DNA from: Prochlorococcus marinus str. NATL2A
GTDB lineage: Bacteria > Cyanobacteriota > Cyanobacteriia > PCC-6307 > Cyanobiaceae
Assembly (NCBI RefSeq): GCF_000012465.1
Contig: NC_007335.2
Span: forward strand, 120,001-152,000
Direction: 5' to 3'
Length of the DNA: 32,000 bases
In this document: positions 18,441-26,406 of the stretch, piece by piece
Layout of the letters: every line of letters starts with the position of its first letter
How positions within the stretch are numbered: the stretch's first letter is position 1
Notes under the pieces: model-generated
The model's input: only the letters and a program-made list of their open reading frames with translations
Told to the model about the DNA's origin: nothing
Database searches by the model: none
Translations under genes and position numbers: made by a program

Positions 18441-18587
18441 ATGAAAGATAACTTCGAACCTCGTTATGGATTTGTCAATTTTGCTGAAATATGGAATGGC
18501 CGTTTAGCAATGATGGGTATTTTAATAGGTTTAACAACAGAACTTTTAACAGGGCAAGGGATTTTAACTCAGATGGGAATCGGTTGA
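18441..18587 (+). CDS. hli: High-light-inducible protein (HLIP; single-helix CAB/ELIP/HLIP family), not in the ORF track
   Basis: Hand translation gives MKDNFEPRYGFVNFAEIWNGRLAMMGILIGLTTELLTGQGILTQMGIG (48 aa). It contains the chlorophyll-binding helix signature AE.WNGR.AM.G of the HLIP/Scp family. Confidence 0.8.
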   Translation: MKDNFEPRYGFVNFAEIWNGRLAMMGILIGLTTELLTGQGILTQMGIG

Positions 18588-18608
18588 AAAACTAATTTTT
18601 AGTTTTTT
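18588..18608 (+). terminator. Weak hairpin plus T-tract just after hli
   Basis: AAAACTAA (18588-18595), TTT loop, TTAGTTTT (18599-18606), followed by a T-rich tail. The stem is almost all A-T, so its stability is doubtful. Confidence 0.3.
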
Positions 18609-18620
18609 ATTTTTAAAAGT

Positions 18621-19781
18621 TTGACTGATCTTAAAAACGCTAAACAATCTCTAACTACATATAGTGTTAAAGAGTTAAACGAATCTATTGGCTTATTATT
18701 ATCAAGAGGCTTTGCCCCAAAGTTTATACTTGAAGCCGCTGTTTCTAAATCACAAATAAAAAAAGGTCATTTATGGTTAACTTTAACGGACGGGAAAGCA
18801 AGTGTAGATGCAGTTGCATGGTCATCAACAATAAAGTCTTTAAAATTTTTACCAAAGCAAGATGATGGCGTTGTTATTATTGGTAAATTAAATTTCTGGG
18901 AATCTCAAGCAAGAGTATCGGTACAAGTTTTCGATATTCGACCAAGTATTTCTACGGTTCTTAGGAAGTTTGAAATAGTCAAATCAAATCTTTTTAAAGA
19001 AGGTTTGATAGATGATTCGTTACGAAAAAAATTGCCAAAATATCCTCATTCACTTGGTATCCTTACAAGTGTTCCAAGCTCTGCTTTAGCTGACATGCTT
19101 AGAACAGCTAAGGAGAGATGGCCATTAACGAAGCTGCAAATAATTCCTATTCCGGTTCAAGGTGATAATGCAAATAAACTAAAATCTATTTTAAGTAAAT
19201 TAAAAAAAAATAAGTTACAAGTAGAGGCTTTAATTATAGCTAGAGGAGGAGGTAGCAGAGAAGATTTAATGTTGTTCGATAGTGAAATCATAGCTAGAGA
19301 AATCGCAACTTTCCCAATACCAGTAATTACAGGGATAGGTCACGAAGATGATCTAACTGTTGCTGATCTGGTTTCAGATCATCGATCTGCCACTCCAACT
19401 GCTGCGATTGTTGATCTATTGCCCTCAAGAGAAATTGAAAAAAATAAGTTTTTGCAAAATAAAAAATTACTTAAATATTATTTGAAATTATTTTTTCAGA
19501 ACACAAAGAAAACATTAATTACAAAAAAATCTATTTTTCAATCTTATTCACCCCGACTATTAATAAAAAATAAAAGAACAAGAATAAATTATATGTATGA
19601 GATTTTGAATGCACTTTCTCCAAGAAAATTGTTAAAAAGAGGTTTTGCGCTAATTACTGACGAGTCAGGTAATTCGATTTATAGTGTAAAAAATATTAAG
19701 GAAAATGATAAGCTGATAGTTCAATTTTGTGATGGAAAAATTACAGCAGAGGTTGATAGTCTTAATTATGATAAAATATAA
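18621..19781 (+). CDS. xseA: Exodeoxyribonuclease VII large subunit
   Basis: 386-aa ORF with a TTG start. It has an N-terminal OB-fold-like region (SVKELNESIGLLL...HLWLTLTDGKASVDAVAW) and a catalytic-core pattern (IGILTSVPSSALADMLR, IIARGGGSREDLMLFDSE, PVITGIGHEDDLTVADLVSDHRSATPTAAI). A small-subunit gene follows. Confidence 0.85.
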   Translation: MTDLKNAKQSLTTYSVKELNESIGLLLSRGFAPKFILEAAVSKSQIKKGHLWLTLTDGKASVDAVAWSSTIKSLKFLPKQDDGVVIIGKLNFWESQARVSVQVFDIRPSISTVLRKFEIVKSNLFKEGLIDDSLRKKLPKYPHSLGILTSVPSSALADMLRTAKERWPLTKLQIIPIPVQGDNANKLKSILSKLKKNKLQVEALIIARGGGSREDLMLFDSEIIAREIATFPIPVITGIGHEDDLTVADLVSDHRSATPTAAIVDLLPSREIEKNKFLQNKKLLKYYLKLFFQNTKKTLITKKSIFQSYSPRLLIKNKRTRINYMYEILNALSPRKLLKRGFALITDESGNSIYSVKNIKENDKLIVQFCDGKITAEVDSLNYDKI

Positions 19782-19808
19782 ATTTATTGAATAAAAATTT
19801 GTTATTAC

Positions 19809-20099
19809 ATGCCACTTGAAAATCAAGTTATCCCAAATCATTTATCAATGTCTAACAAAGTTACTAACAAAAAAAATATAGAAATCTTTAAACAAGATAT
19901 TAATAGATTAAGTTATGAAGAATCTATATCTGCATTGGAAACTATCTTAAACAATGTGCAAGATGAAAATATTTCATTGGATGAAATTCAAATTAATTAT
20001 ATTAAAGGTCATCTACTTCTTAAGCATTGCGAAGAACTCTTGCAGTTTTGTGAACAAGAGATTAATGAAATTAATCCAGAATTTTTAGAATTAGATTAA
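19809..20099 (+). CDS. xseB: Exodeoxyribonuclease VII small subunit
   Basis: 96-aa ORF directly downstream of xseA. It shows the helical XseB-like pattern SYEESISALETILNNVQDENISLDE. The true start may be the internal ATG at 19848 (MSNKV...), because XseB is usually ~70-85 aa. Confidence 0.7.
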   Translation: MPLENQVIPNHLSMSNKVTNKKNIEIFKQDINRLSYEESISALETILNNVQDENISLDEIQINYIKGHLLLKHCEELLQFCEQEINEINPEFLELD

Positions 20100-20100
20100 T

Positions 20101-20430
20101 TTATAAATCTAATTCTTCGGATTTTATGTCAATTGTTGCTGCACTTGCTGGAATATTTTCTAGAATATCTGCATTTTTTGTTATGGGTGTTCCACATATT
20201 GGACAAATCATTTGACTGTTAAGAAAGGTTGAGCCACAAGCTTCACAGTTTTGTACTTTTGATTGGATTCTTTTCCAAGTAAACCATCCAACTCCTCCTA
20301 AGACTAATGGTATTATTGTAATGATAAGGAATATTCCGCCTGCTAAATCAATAATAAATTTCCCAGCTGGTGTAGGTAAAATAATAAGTAGAATAAATAC
20401 CATCCAAATCAATGAAGATGGCTTATTCAT
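20101..20430 (-). CDS. Membrane protein with C-terminal zinc-ribbon (CxxC...CxxC)
   Basis: 109-aa ORF with two N-terminal hydrophobic helices, then CEACGSTFLNSQMICPICG. A perfect TATAAT (minus strand, 20456-20461) lies ~25 nt upstream of the ATG. Confidence 0.5.
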   Translation of the reverse strand: MNKPSSLIWMVFILLIILPTPAGKFIIDLAGGIFLIITIIPLVLGGVGWFTWKRIQSKVQNCEACGSTFLNSQMICPICGTPITKNADILENIPASAATIDIKSEELDL

Positions 20431-20492
20431 GACTACTTAAGAGATTTATTTAAATATTATAATTTAAATTTAGCTGCTTGTTTCAATGATGT

Positions 20493-21407
20493 TTAAACGT
20501 ATCGATTTCGACGCATGCTTGCAATTACAACGCTCCAACATTGACCAAAATAAATAATTACTCCTACCATCCAAACCCAAAGAGTCAATACAAGGACTCC
20601 ACCAATGAATCCATAAGCTTGAAATCTTGATCCCAATGAAAGGATACTTCTACTAACTGCCAAATTCAGAATAGTTAGCAAAGTTCCAATCATCAAAGCC
20701 CCAGGTATTAGTGGTTTTAAAGGCACTCTTCTACTGGGGAGTAAACCTTGTAAAAGCAGTGCCATAGTTGAAAAACCTATTAGAGGAAGTATAAATTGAC
20801 CTACTTGAAGTACAGGTATTTTTGTTATGGCATTTTCAACCCAAGGGGTTGTGTTGGCTAAGTCTTCCAAAACTGCTTCGGGAATCAGACGAATATTTGC
20901 ACTGATTTGATCGATAACCATCAAAATCCCAACTAGAAGAACTACAAAGAAAGCTTCAATACGATTTCTGATAAATCGAAACGCTTGAAGCCTTAATGGA
21001 TCTGGCTTTGATTTAACTGGTAGTACGTCTTCCCATAATCGATCTGCTCCTCTTTGTAGTGTTAGATAGGCATTGCCAGCAGTGATCATTAAAAACATTG
21101 CCCCAAGAATCCCTGCGCCAAACCCCTGATTAATTAATTGTTCTAAAGTTGATGCGACCAAAGCTATTACTTCAGACGGTAAAACCTCAGCGGTTAATTC
21201 AATTATTCTTTGCTCTATTCCTTGCTGTTTTCCTAAAAACCATGATGCAACTGATAGCGAGATTAGCAATATTGGAAAGAAGGACTGAAGAGTGTAGTAA
21301 GCAAATGCTGCGCTTAAATCGACGCAATCACACTTAGACCATCTTTCATAAGCTCTCCAGAGACTGCTAAACAACCATCTTGCTTTTTTAGTCCAGTTCA
21401 AGCCCAC
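20493..21407 (-). CDS. YihY/BrkB family inner-membrane protein (formerly annotated ribonuclease BN-like)
   Basis: 304-aa polytopic ORF. The N-terminal pattern RWSKCDCVDLSAAFAYYTLQSFFPILL matches the characteristic start of the YihY family (..AAALAYYTLLSLFP..). About six hydrophobic segments follow. Confidence 0.75.
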   Translation of the reverse strand: MGLNWTKKARWLFSSLWRAYERWSKCDCVDLSAAFAYYTLQSFFPILLISLSVASWFLGKQQGIEQRIIELTAEVLPSEVIALVASTLEQLINQGFGAGILGAMFLMITAGNAYLTLQRGADRLWEDVLPVKSKPDPLRLQAFRFIRNRIEAFFVVLLVGILMVIDQISANIRLIPEAVLEDLANTTPWVENAITKIPVLQVGQFILPLIGFSTMALLLQGLLPSRRVPLKPLIPGALMIGTLLTILNLAVSRSILSLGSRFQAYGFIGGVLVLTLWVWMVGVIIYFGQCWSVVIASMRRNRYV

Positions 21408-21538
21408 TTTGGTTATGGAGTATTTGATATTACGCTAACTCCTAAGGAGAAGATTTTTCTTAGTTGAATCAGTAGATTTAAAATCATAAATTTTATTAAT
21501 GTAGCTAATTTAATTAGAACAAAGGGGCACAAAGTGTA

Positions 21539-22357
21539 TTAACTATCCTGAATTAATGCTGACGCCCATGGCAGCATGTTGTTCAATTGATCTTCAGTGG
21601 ATGCTGTTAGTAATGGGAAATTCACTGAAGTAAGATCTGTTCCAGAGAGAATGTTTTTTGGGTTAGTCTCCAACCAGTTGATAAGACAATTAAGTTCCTC
21701 AAGTATTAACCATGCAGCTGCAATATCCCAAATTTTTGGTGTCGCCTCTAAAGCAGCAATCGTTTGACCGATGGCAACACTAGTCATATTTAAACTAGAT
21801 ACCCCAAGTAGTCTTATTTTTCCTGGGAATGACTGCTCTGGTTTCATTTGTAAAACTTTAATTGAGCGGCTACAAAGAGAAATGCAGTCACTATTTTTCT
21901 TGAAACGTGATTCAGGCTTAAGTGGCTTGTCGTTTAGCCAAACTCCTTTTCCTTTTATGGCGAAAATTCTTTTTCTAAGTGCTGGTATGTCAAGGAAGGC
22001 TGTCTCAGGTTCCCCATTAGTGAAACGTGCTATTGATATTGCCCAGTATGGAATGCCTGCTGCAAAATTAGTTGTTCCATCGAGTGGGTCAACTACCCAA
22101 TACTCACTGGAGCTAGGAATTGACTTCTTACCCTCTTCACTCAGGACGCCTTCTCCGGGAGTAATTTGAGATAACCCTTGAACTATTGTTTTATCACTCC
22201 ACCTATCACATTCTGTAATAAGTGTTCCATCAGGCTTTATGTCAGAGTTGATTTGACCAAAATCTTGAAGTTGACGTTTTCCAACCTCATCAACTAATTG
22301 ATGAATTGCAATTAGTTGAGCTTTGCTCAGAGGTTTAGATATTGGGTCTTGATTCAT
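21539..22357 (-). CDS. Inositol monophosphatase family protein (SuhB/CysQ/HisN-like phosphatase)
   Basis: 272-aa ORF with the IMPase metal-binding motifs WVVDPLDGTTNF and WDIAAA, plus SEE upstream. Confidence 0.85.
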   Translation of the reverse strand: MNQDPISKPLSKAQLIAIHQLVDEVGKRQLQDFGQINSDIKPDGTLITECDRWSDKTIVQGLSQITPGEGVLSEEGKKSIPSSSEYWVVDPLDGTTNFAAGIPYWAISIARFTNGEPETAFLDIPALRKRIFAIKGKGVWLNDKPLKPESRFKKNSDCISLCSRSIKVLQMKPEQSFPGKIRLLGVSSLNMTSVAIGQTIAALEATPKIWDIAAAWLILEELNCLINWLETNPKNILSGTDLTSVNFPLLTASTEDQLNNMLPWASALIQDS

Positions 22358-22374
22358 TTTTATTTATTTAGAAG

Positions 22375-23955
22375 CTATAGCTGACATAGGGGAATTAAAT
22401 TTGATTCATAGAGTGATTTGCTATCTATGTCACTTTGATTTTGTGGATTGACTTTGATATCACATGGTTTGATGTTATCTAAACCCGTTTGTCTACTTAA
22501 GTCAGCTAATAGAGTGTTATAGCTAGTGACCGAAATAATATAACGAACCTCGGAATCAGTTAAATCTCTTTGGTTGTTTACAACTTCTCGTTGTGTAGTA
22601 ATACCTGATTTGTATCTAAGTTTTGCAAGTCTTAAAGACTCTCTTGCAGACAAAACTTCTGTGTACGAAGCAGAAATATTTAGTTTAGCCGACTCTAGTT
22701 TGAAGAATACTTGTTCAACTTCTTGTCTAATTTGAGCTCTTCTTGCGGCAAAATTTAGTTTTGCTTCTTTTGCTTTACTTTTATTGTAATTATACAAAGA
22801 TCTTGAATTGCCTCCATCAAAAATAAACCATGTTGCATTGAGCCCAATGGTGTTAGAAAAATTGGAGGATGTGTTGCTGGTGTTTGGAGATATTTGATTT
22901 AACTCACCTTTCGCAAATGAAGAGGTCGATGTATTTACAATGCTTAATTTTGGTTGGCTAGCAGCAAGTGCAGCATTTGCATTACTATTATTAATTGATA
23001 TTTCTAATAGGATACTTTCGAGTTCTTCTCTTGAATTATAAGCAGCTATAATACTATCCTCTAATGATAAATCCCATATACCTGTAACTTGAGTTTTTGT
23101 ACCAATTAATGGTGTTACATCCTCTGGAAAATTAAGTATTTCAGCAAGAGATCTTTGACCAATTTTTTGATCACCTAATTTAATATTAAACAATTGCTGA
23201 TCTCTAGCTAATTGAGTTCTAGCTTCTAGAACTTCTAATTTCGTACCAATACCTGATTCAAATCTAATTTCTGCGTCTCTTAACCCAATAGTCGAGGATT
23301 CAATTGATTTCTTTGCTACTTCTATTTCCTCATTGGCTTTTTGCAAATTGAAGTAACGTTTTTTTGCCTCTAATTTTAAATCTCTTAAAATTATTGCGTA
23401 AGAATATTTTGACTTTTCAAAACTATCTCTAGCTGATGCTATCTCTGGGACTCTTGCAGGATTAATTAAATCCCATTTTACTTGAGCGGAGATAGAGGAA
23501 CTCCATTGTTTACTCGAAGTATCTTGTATTACGCTTGATTCATTAAAGTTATTAGATTCAAAATATTGGGGAATACCATTAGCTGTTAGGTTTAATGTTG
23601 GGTACCATGAGGATAAAGAACTTTTTAATATTGATTTGGCTTGCTCAACTCTTTCTAAGTAGATTTTAATTGCTCGGTTGTTGTTTATAAGTAAATTTTC
23701 TAACTGATCAAGGTTAACTTTTTGATAAGTTTTTACTAATACTTCGCGTGATCTAGAGGGTAAAAAAAGATCTTCAGGCGCATTTAATTCATATAAGACC
23801 CGCTGTTGTTTTTGATTTTGACTTAGGCTTTTACTTGAGTTTCCTTTTATCTTTGTATTGGAAGTTATTTTTTGCGAACTTGTAGCCCACAAAGGATTGA
23901 GCCCAGATATAAATAAACCTGCAACAATTAGAAACTTTCTCTTCACTCTCCTCAT
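22375..23955 (-). CDS. Outer-membrane efflux protein, TolC-like (OEP family)
   Basis: The track ORF starts at 24006. ATG 23955 gives a signal-peptide-like N-terminus (MRRVKRKFLIVAGLFISGLNPLWA). Two internal repeats show the OEP pattern (LDQLENLLINNNRAIK...SSWYPTLNLTANG and LSLEDSIIAAYNSREELE...SQPKLSIVNTS) with long coiled-coil-like stretches. Confidence 0.75.
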   Translation of the reverse strand: MRRVKRKFLIVAGLFISGLNPLWATSSQKITSNTKIKGNSSKSLSQNQKQQRVLYELNAPEDLFLPSRSREVLVKTYQKVNLDQLENLLINNNRAIKIYLERVEQAKSILKSSLSSWYPTLNLTANGIPQYFESNNFNESSVIQDTSSKQWSSSISAQVKWDLINPARVPEIASARDSFEKSKYSYAIILRDLKLEAKKRYFNLQKANEEIEVAKKSIESSTIGLRDAEIRFESGIGTKLEVLEARTQLARDQQLFNIKLGDQKIGQRSLAEILNFPEDVTPLIGTKTQVTGIWDLSLEDSIIAAYNSREELESILLEISINNSNANAALAASQPKLSIVNTSTSSFAKGELNQISPNTSNTSSNFSNTIGLNATWFIFDGGNSRSLYNYNKSKAKEAKLNFAARRAQIRQEVEQVFFKLESAKLNISASYTEVLSARESLRLAKLRYKSGITTQREVVNNQRDLTDSEVRYIISVTSYNTLLADLSRQTGLDNIKPCDIKVNPQNQSDIDSKSLYESNLIPLCQL

Positions 23956-23992
23956 AGTTATAAGAAAAACTGAGATGGATTTAGTAAAGCAA

Positions 23993-25342
23993 TTATGCTT
24001 TACCAAGTGCTTTGTTCACGATGTCTTGTGCATCATGGACAATTCTTACAGATACATTAAGTGACAAAGAGAGCTCTTGAAGTGTCATGTCATCAAGAAA
24101 GATTTTTTCACCTTGTCTTAGCATGACCGATGGTATAAGTAATTCATCGCCTAATTCTTTTCCGCGCAGTCCTTTTATGAGGTCTTGGCCTGTGAGTAGG
24201 CCAGTAACAATTTGTTCTTGCCCCCAATAAGGACTTGGAAGCCCATAAAGATGGAGTGTGAAATTATTTATTTTATTTATTCGCTTGCAAGGCTTCTGTA
24301 ATTCATTTTCAACAAGTTTGCCAACAACCCAGCTGCAGGTTTTCTTTTGATCAATTTTGGTCGGCAAATCTCTTGTGGCTTCATCCATTGCTCTAAGAAA
24401 ACTGCGAATACTTCCTACTCCATTCTCTTTTTGAGGTAGATCTTCGTAAGAATTAAGAGAGGGTAAAGCCTTCTTCGCTATTAAATACCATTCGTCAGAT
24501 AACCAAGCAAAACGGGACCCCGTTGATTTATAAAATATTCTTTGCATTGGCTCAACCTGATTGATTACTTTTGTCGCACAAACAGGATCCACGGGTATCA
24601 GCCCGTCATTACTGGGTCGAAACCTTGTTAGCCCAACTGGAACTACAGCTGCTGAGAGGACTACGGGGAAATCTCCTTGCGCAAAACTATATAGATCATT
24701 GATGGTTCGTTCTAAAGCTTTTCCATCATTTATTTCAGGGCAAACAACAATTTGAGCATGAATTTGTATTCTTTTTTTTGAGAACCAAGCTAACTGATTT
24801 AAAAGGTCAATAGCTTTAGGATTTCTTAGTAATTTCGACCTTAAAGAAGGATCTGTTGCATGCACTGATACAAATAAAGGAGTGAGTCTTTGTTCCTCAA
24901 TTCTCTCCCAGTCTTGTTTGGAAAGATTTGTAAGTGTTAAGTAAGAACCATATAAAAAACTTAGCCTGTAGTCATCATCTTTTAGGTACAGGCTTTTTCT
25001 TTTCCCTGGGGGTTGTTGGTCAATAAAACAAAATGGGCATTGATTATTGCATTGTTTTAATCCATCAAATAAAGCTTCAGTAAAAGCAAGTCCTAACTCA
25101 TCGTCATAATCTTTTTCAATGTCAATTGTATGTTGTTTATCTTTTTCATCTAATATTATTAGTTGAATATTTTCTTCAGCCATAAGAAATTTGTAATCAA
25201 TAAGATCTCTTGGCTTTACACCATTAATACTAATTAATCGATCTCCAACTTCAAATCCAAGCTCCTCGCCTATTGAACCTTCTTCGATGGAGGCAACAAC
25301 AGCAGGTTTAATTTTGTTTTGAGTTATCCTTAATGTGCTCAT
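23993..25342 (-). CDS. PDZ domain-containing radical SAM protein (COG1625/DUF512-type, from memory)
   Basis: 449-aa ORF. It has an N-terminal PDZ-like segment (GSIGEELGFEVGDRLISINGVKPRDLIDY), then the radical-SAM cluster motif CNNQCPFCF (Cx3Cx2C). Confidence 0.8.
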   Translation of the reverse strand: MSTLRITQNKIKPAVVASIEEGSIGEELGFEVGDRLISINGVKPRDLIDYKFLMAEENIQLIILDEKDKQHTIDIEKDYDDELGLAFTEALFDGLKQCNNQCPFCFIDQQPPGKRKSLYLKDDDYRLSFLYGSYLTLTNLSKQDWERIEEQRLTPLFVSVHATDPSLRSKLLRNPKAIDLLNQLAWFSKKRIQIHAQIVVCPEINDGKALERTINDLYSFAQGDFPVVLSAAVVPVGLTRFRPSNDGLIPVDPVCATKVINQVEPMQRIFYKSTGSRFAWLSDEWYLIAKKALPSLNSYEDLPQKENGVGSIRSFLRAMDEATRDLPTKIDQKKTCSWVVGKLVENELQKPCKRINKINNFTLHLYGLPSPYWGQEQIVTGLLTGQDLIKGLRGKELGDELLIPSVMLRQGEKIFLDDMTLQELSLSLNVSVRIVHDAQDIVNKALGKA

Positions 25343-25733
25343 TTAGGCTCTTAAACAAGAAAATAAATTTTTTATACTTCTCGGGTGGTTTGAAAAAATT
25401 AAATTGATCTTGAAGAATCATTTATCTTTCAATATAAGTAAATTTTCAACAAAAAGTACTTAAGAAGATTTTTGAATCATCTCTTTTTATGAGGATTTTT
25501 AAAACTGGGCCTTGAAAAGCATTGTAATCATTGTAATTAAGAAGTTTTTAAGATTTTTTTTAAAAACTTTATTATTTGTATTCCTAAGACTGTTTGGTTT
25601 GGGTATCTACTTGAATGTAAATTCATAGAAGGTTGAGCTGAAAACCAACTCAGTTTTATTAATTCTGATTTACTCAAACAATCCCACCAAGCCCATAAAT
25701 CAAAAAACGTCCTACCTGTCAAAGCCAAGGACA

Positions 25734-26393
25734 TTGCAATTTTGGGCTAGCACAATGGTTGTCCTGCCGGTTTTTGTTCAGGCCCCATGGGTTCATGTGT
25801 TCCCTTTTTCAGCTTTTTTATTTAGTTTCATAATATTTTTTCTTGGATTTTATTTACTTAAATTTTGTAGTTATAGATGGTCCTCTATTGGTTCGCTATT
25901 GGTTGGTGTGAGTTGGAGCTGGTTAGGAGGATGTCTTTTTTGGGGATGGTTAAGAGCTCATCCTGTTTGGCATTTGCCTGTTGAGTCAATAGCTTTGCCA
26001 ATAGCAGTAAGCCTCTTAAAGACTCGATGGAAAATCGGAGCCAGTTTCTATTTGGCATCTCTATTAGGAACTGCTTTTACTGACGTAATGATTGTTTTAA
26101 CTGGTGTTATGAAGGCTTGGCCTGAAGTTGTAGATGCGCCTTTTTCAGAAGCTTCTAAAATTTTGAGTTTAACTGCCGAACAATTATTGGAACCTTTTTC
26201 ATTATTTGCCATTTTTATTGCGGCACTTTTAATAATTTCGATAGCAAATTGGATGCATCAAAAATCAAAAAGTGAGCCTTTGTCTTCTGATGCTTGGCTT
26301 GTATCAAGTTCAGCTTTGACAACAACCTTGTGGGTTGATGGCTTATTTTTTGCGACCACATTGATTCAGCCTCAATTAAGTGGATTGATCTGA
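25734..26393 (+). CDS. Conserved-looking multi-pass membrane protein of unknown function
   Basis: 219-aa ORF (TTG start; first ATG at 25755) with about six hydrophobic segments and Trp-rich loops. It lies immediately upstream of nadB. I cannot verify a family assignment. Confidence 0.5.
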   Translation: MQFWASTMVVLPVFVQAPWVHVFPFSAFLFSFIIFFLGFYLLKFCSYRWSSIGSLLVGVSWSWLGGCLFWGWLRAHPVWHLPVESIALPIAVSLLKTRWKIGASFYLASLLGTAFTDVMIVLTGVMKAWPEVVDAPFSEASKILSLTAEQLLEPFSLFAIFIAALLIISIANWMHQKSKSEPLSSDAWLVSSSALTTTLWVDGLFFATTLIQPQLSGLI

Positions 26394-26406
26394 AAACTAA
26401 TCTTTT

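Noticed and set aside
21408-21538. Palindrome CTCCTAAGGAG and CTAAG...CTTAG inverted repeat in the yihY/IMPase intergenic region
   Set aside because: The elements are short, lie between a gene start and a gene end on the same strand, and have no T-tract or repeated copies elsewhere in the window. They are likely chance or a minor promoter-proximal feature.
21771-22169. 132-aa plus-strand ORF antisense to the IMPase-family gene
   Set aside because: It is nested within a gene bearing both IMPase signature motifs, and it has no recognisable domain. The other nested track ORFs are rejected for the same reason. These are 5473-5718, 6187-6384, 7119-7340, 8133-8381, 9174-9437, 11292-11498, 11458-11676, 21149-21337, 23858-24064, 24561-24755, 26761-26943, 27029-27253, 28338-28535 and 30752-30991.
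25537-25734. 65-aa minus-strand ORF in the 391-bp gap upstream of the membrane protein/nadB genes
   Set aside because: It has no motif or SD and an odd composition (WAWWDC, basic C-terminus), and it abuts the TTG start of the divergent gene. I cannot exclude a real small protein, but there is no positive evidence. The region is kept only as part of the intergenic-gap finding.
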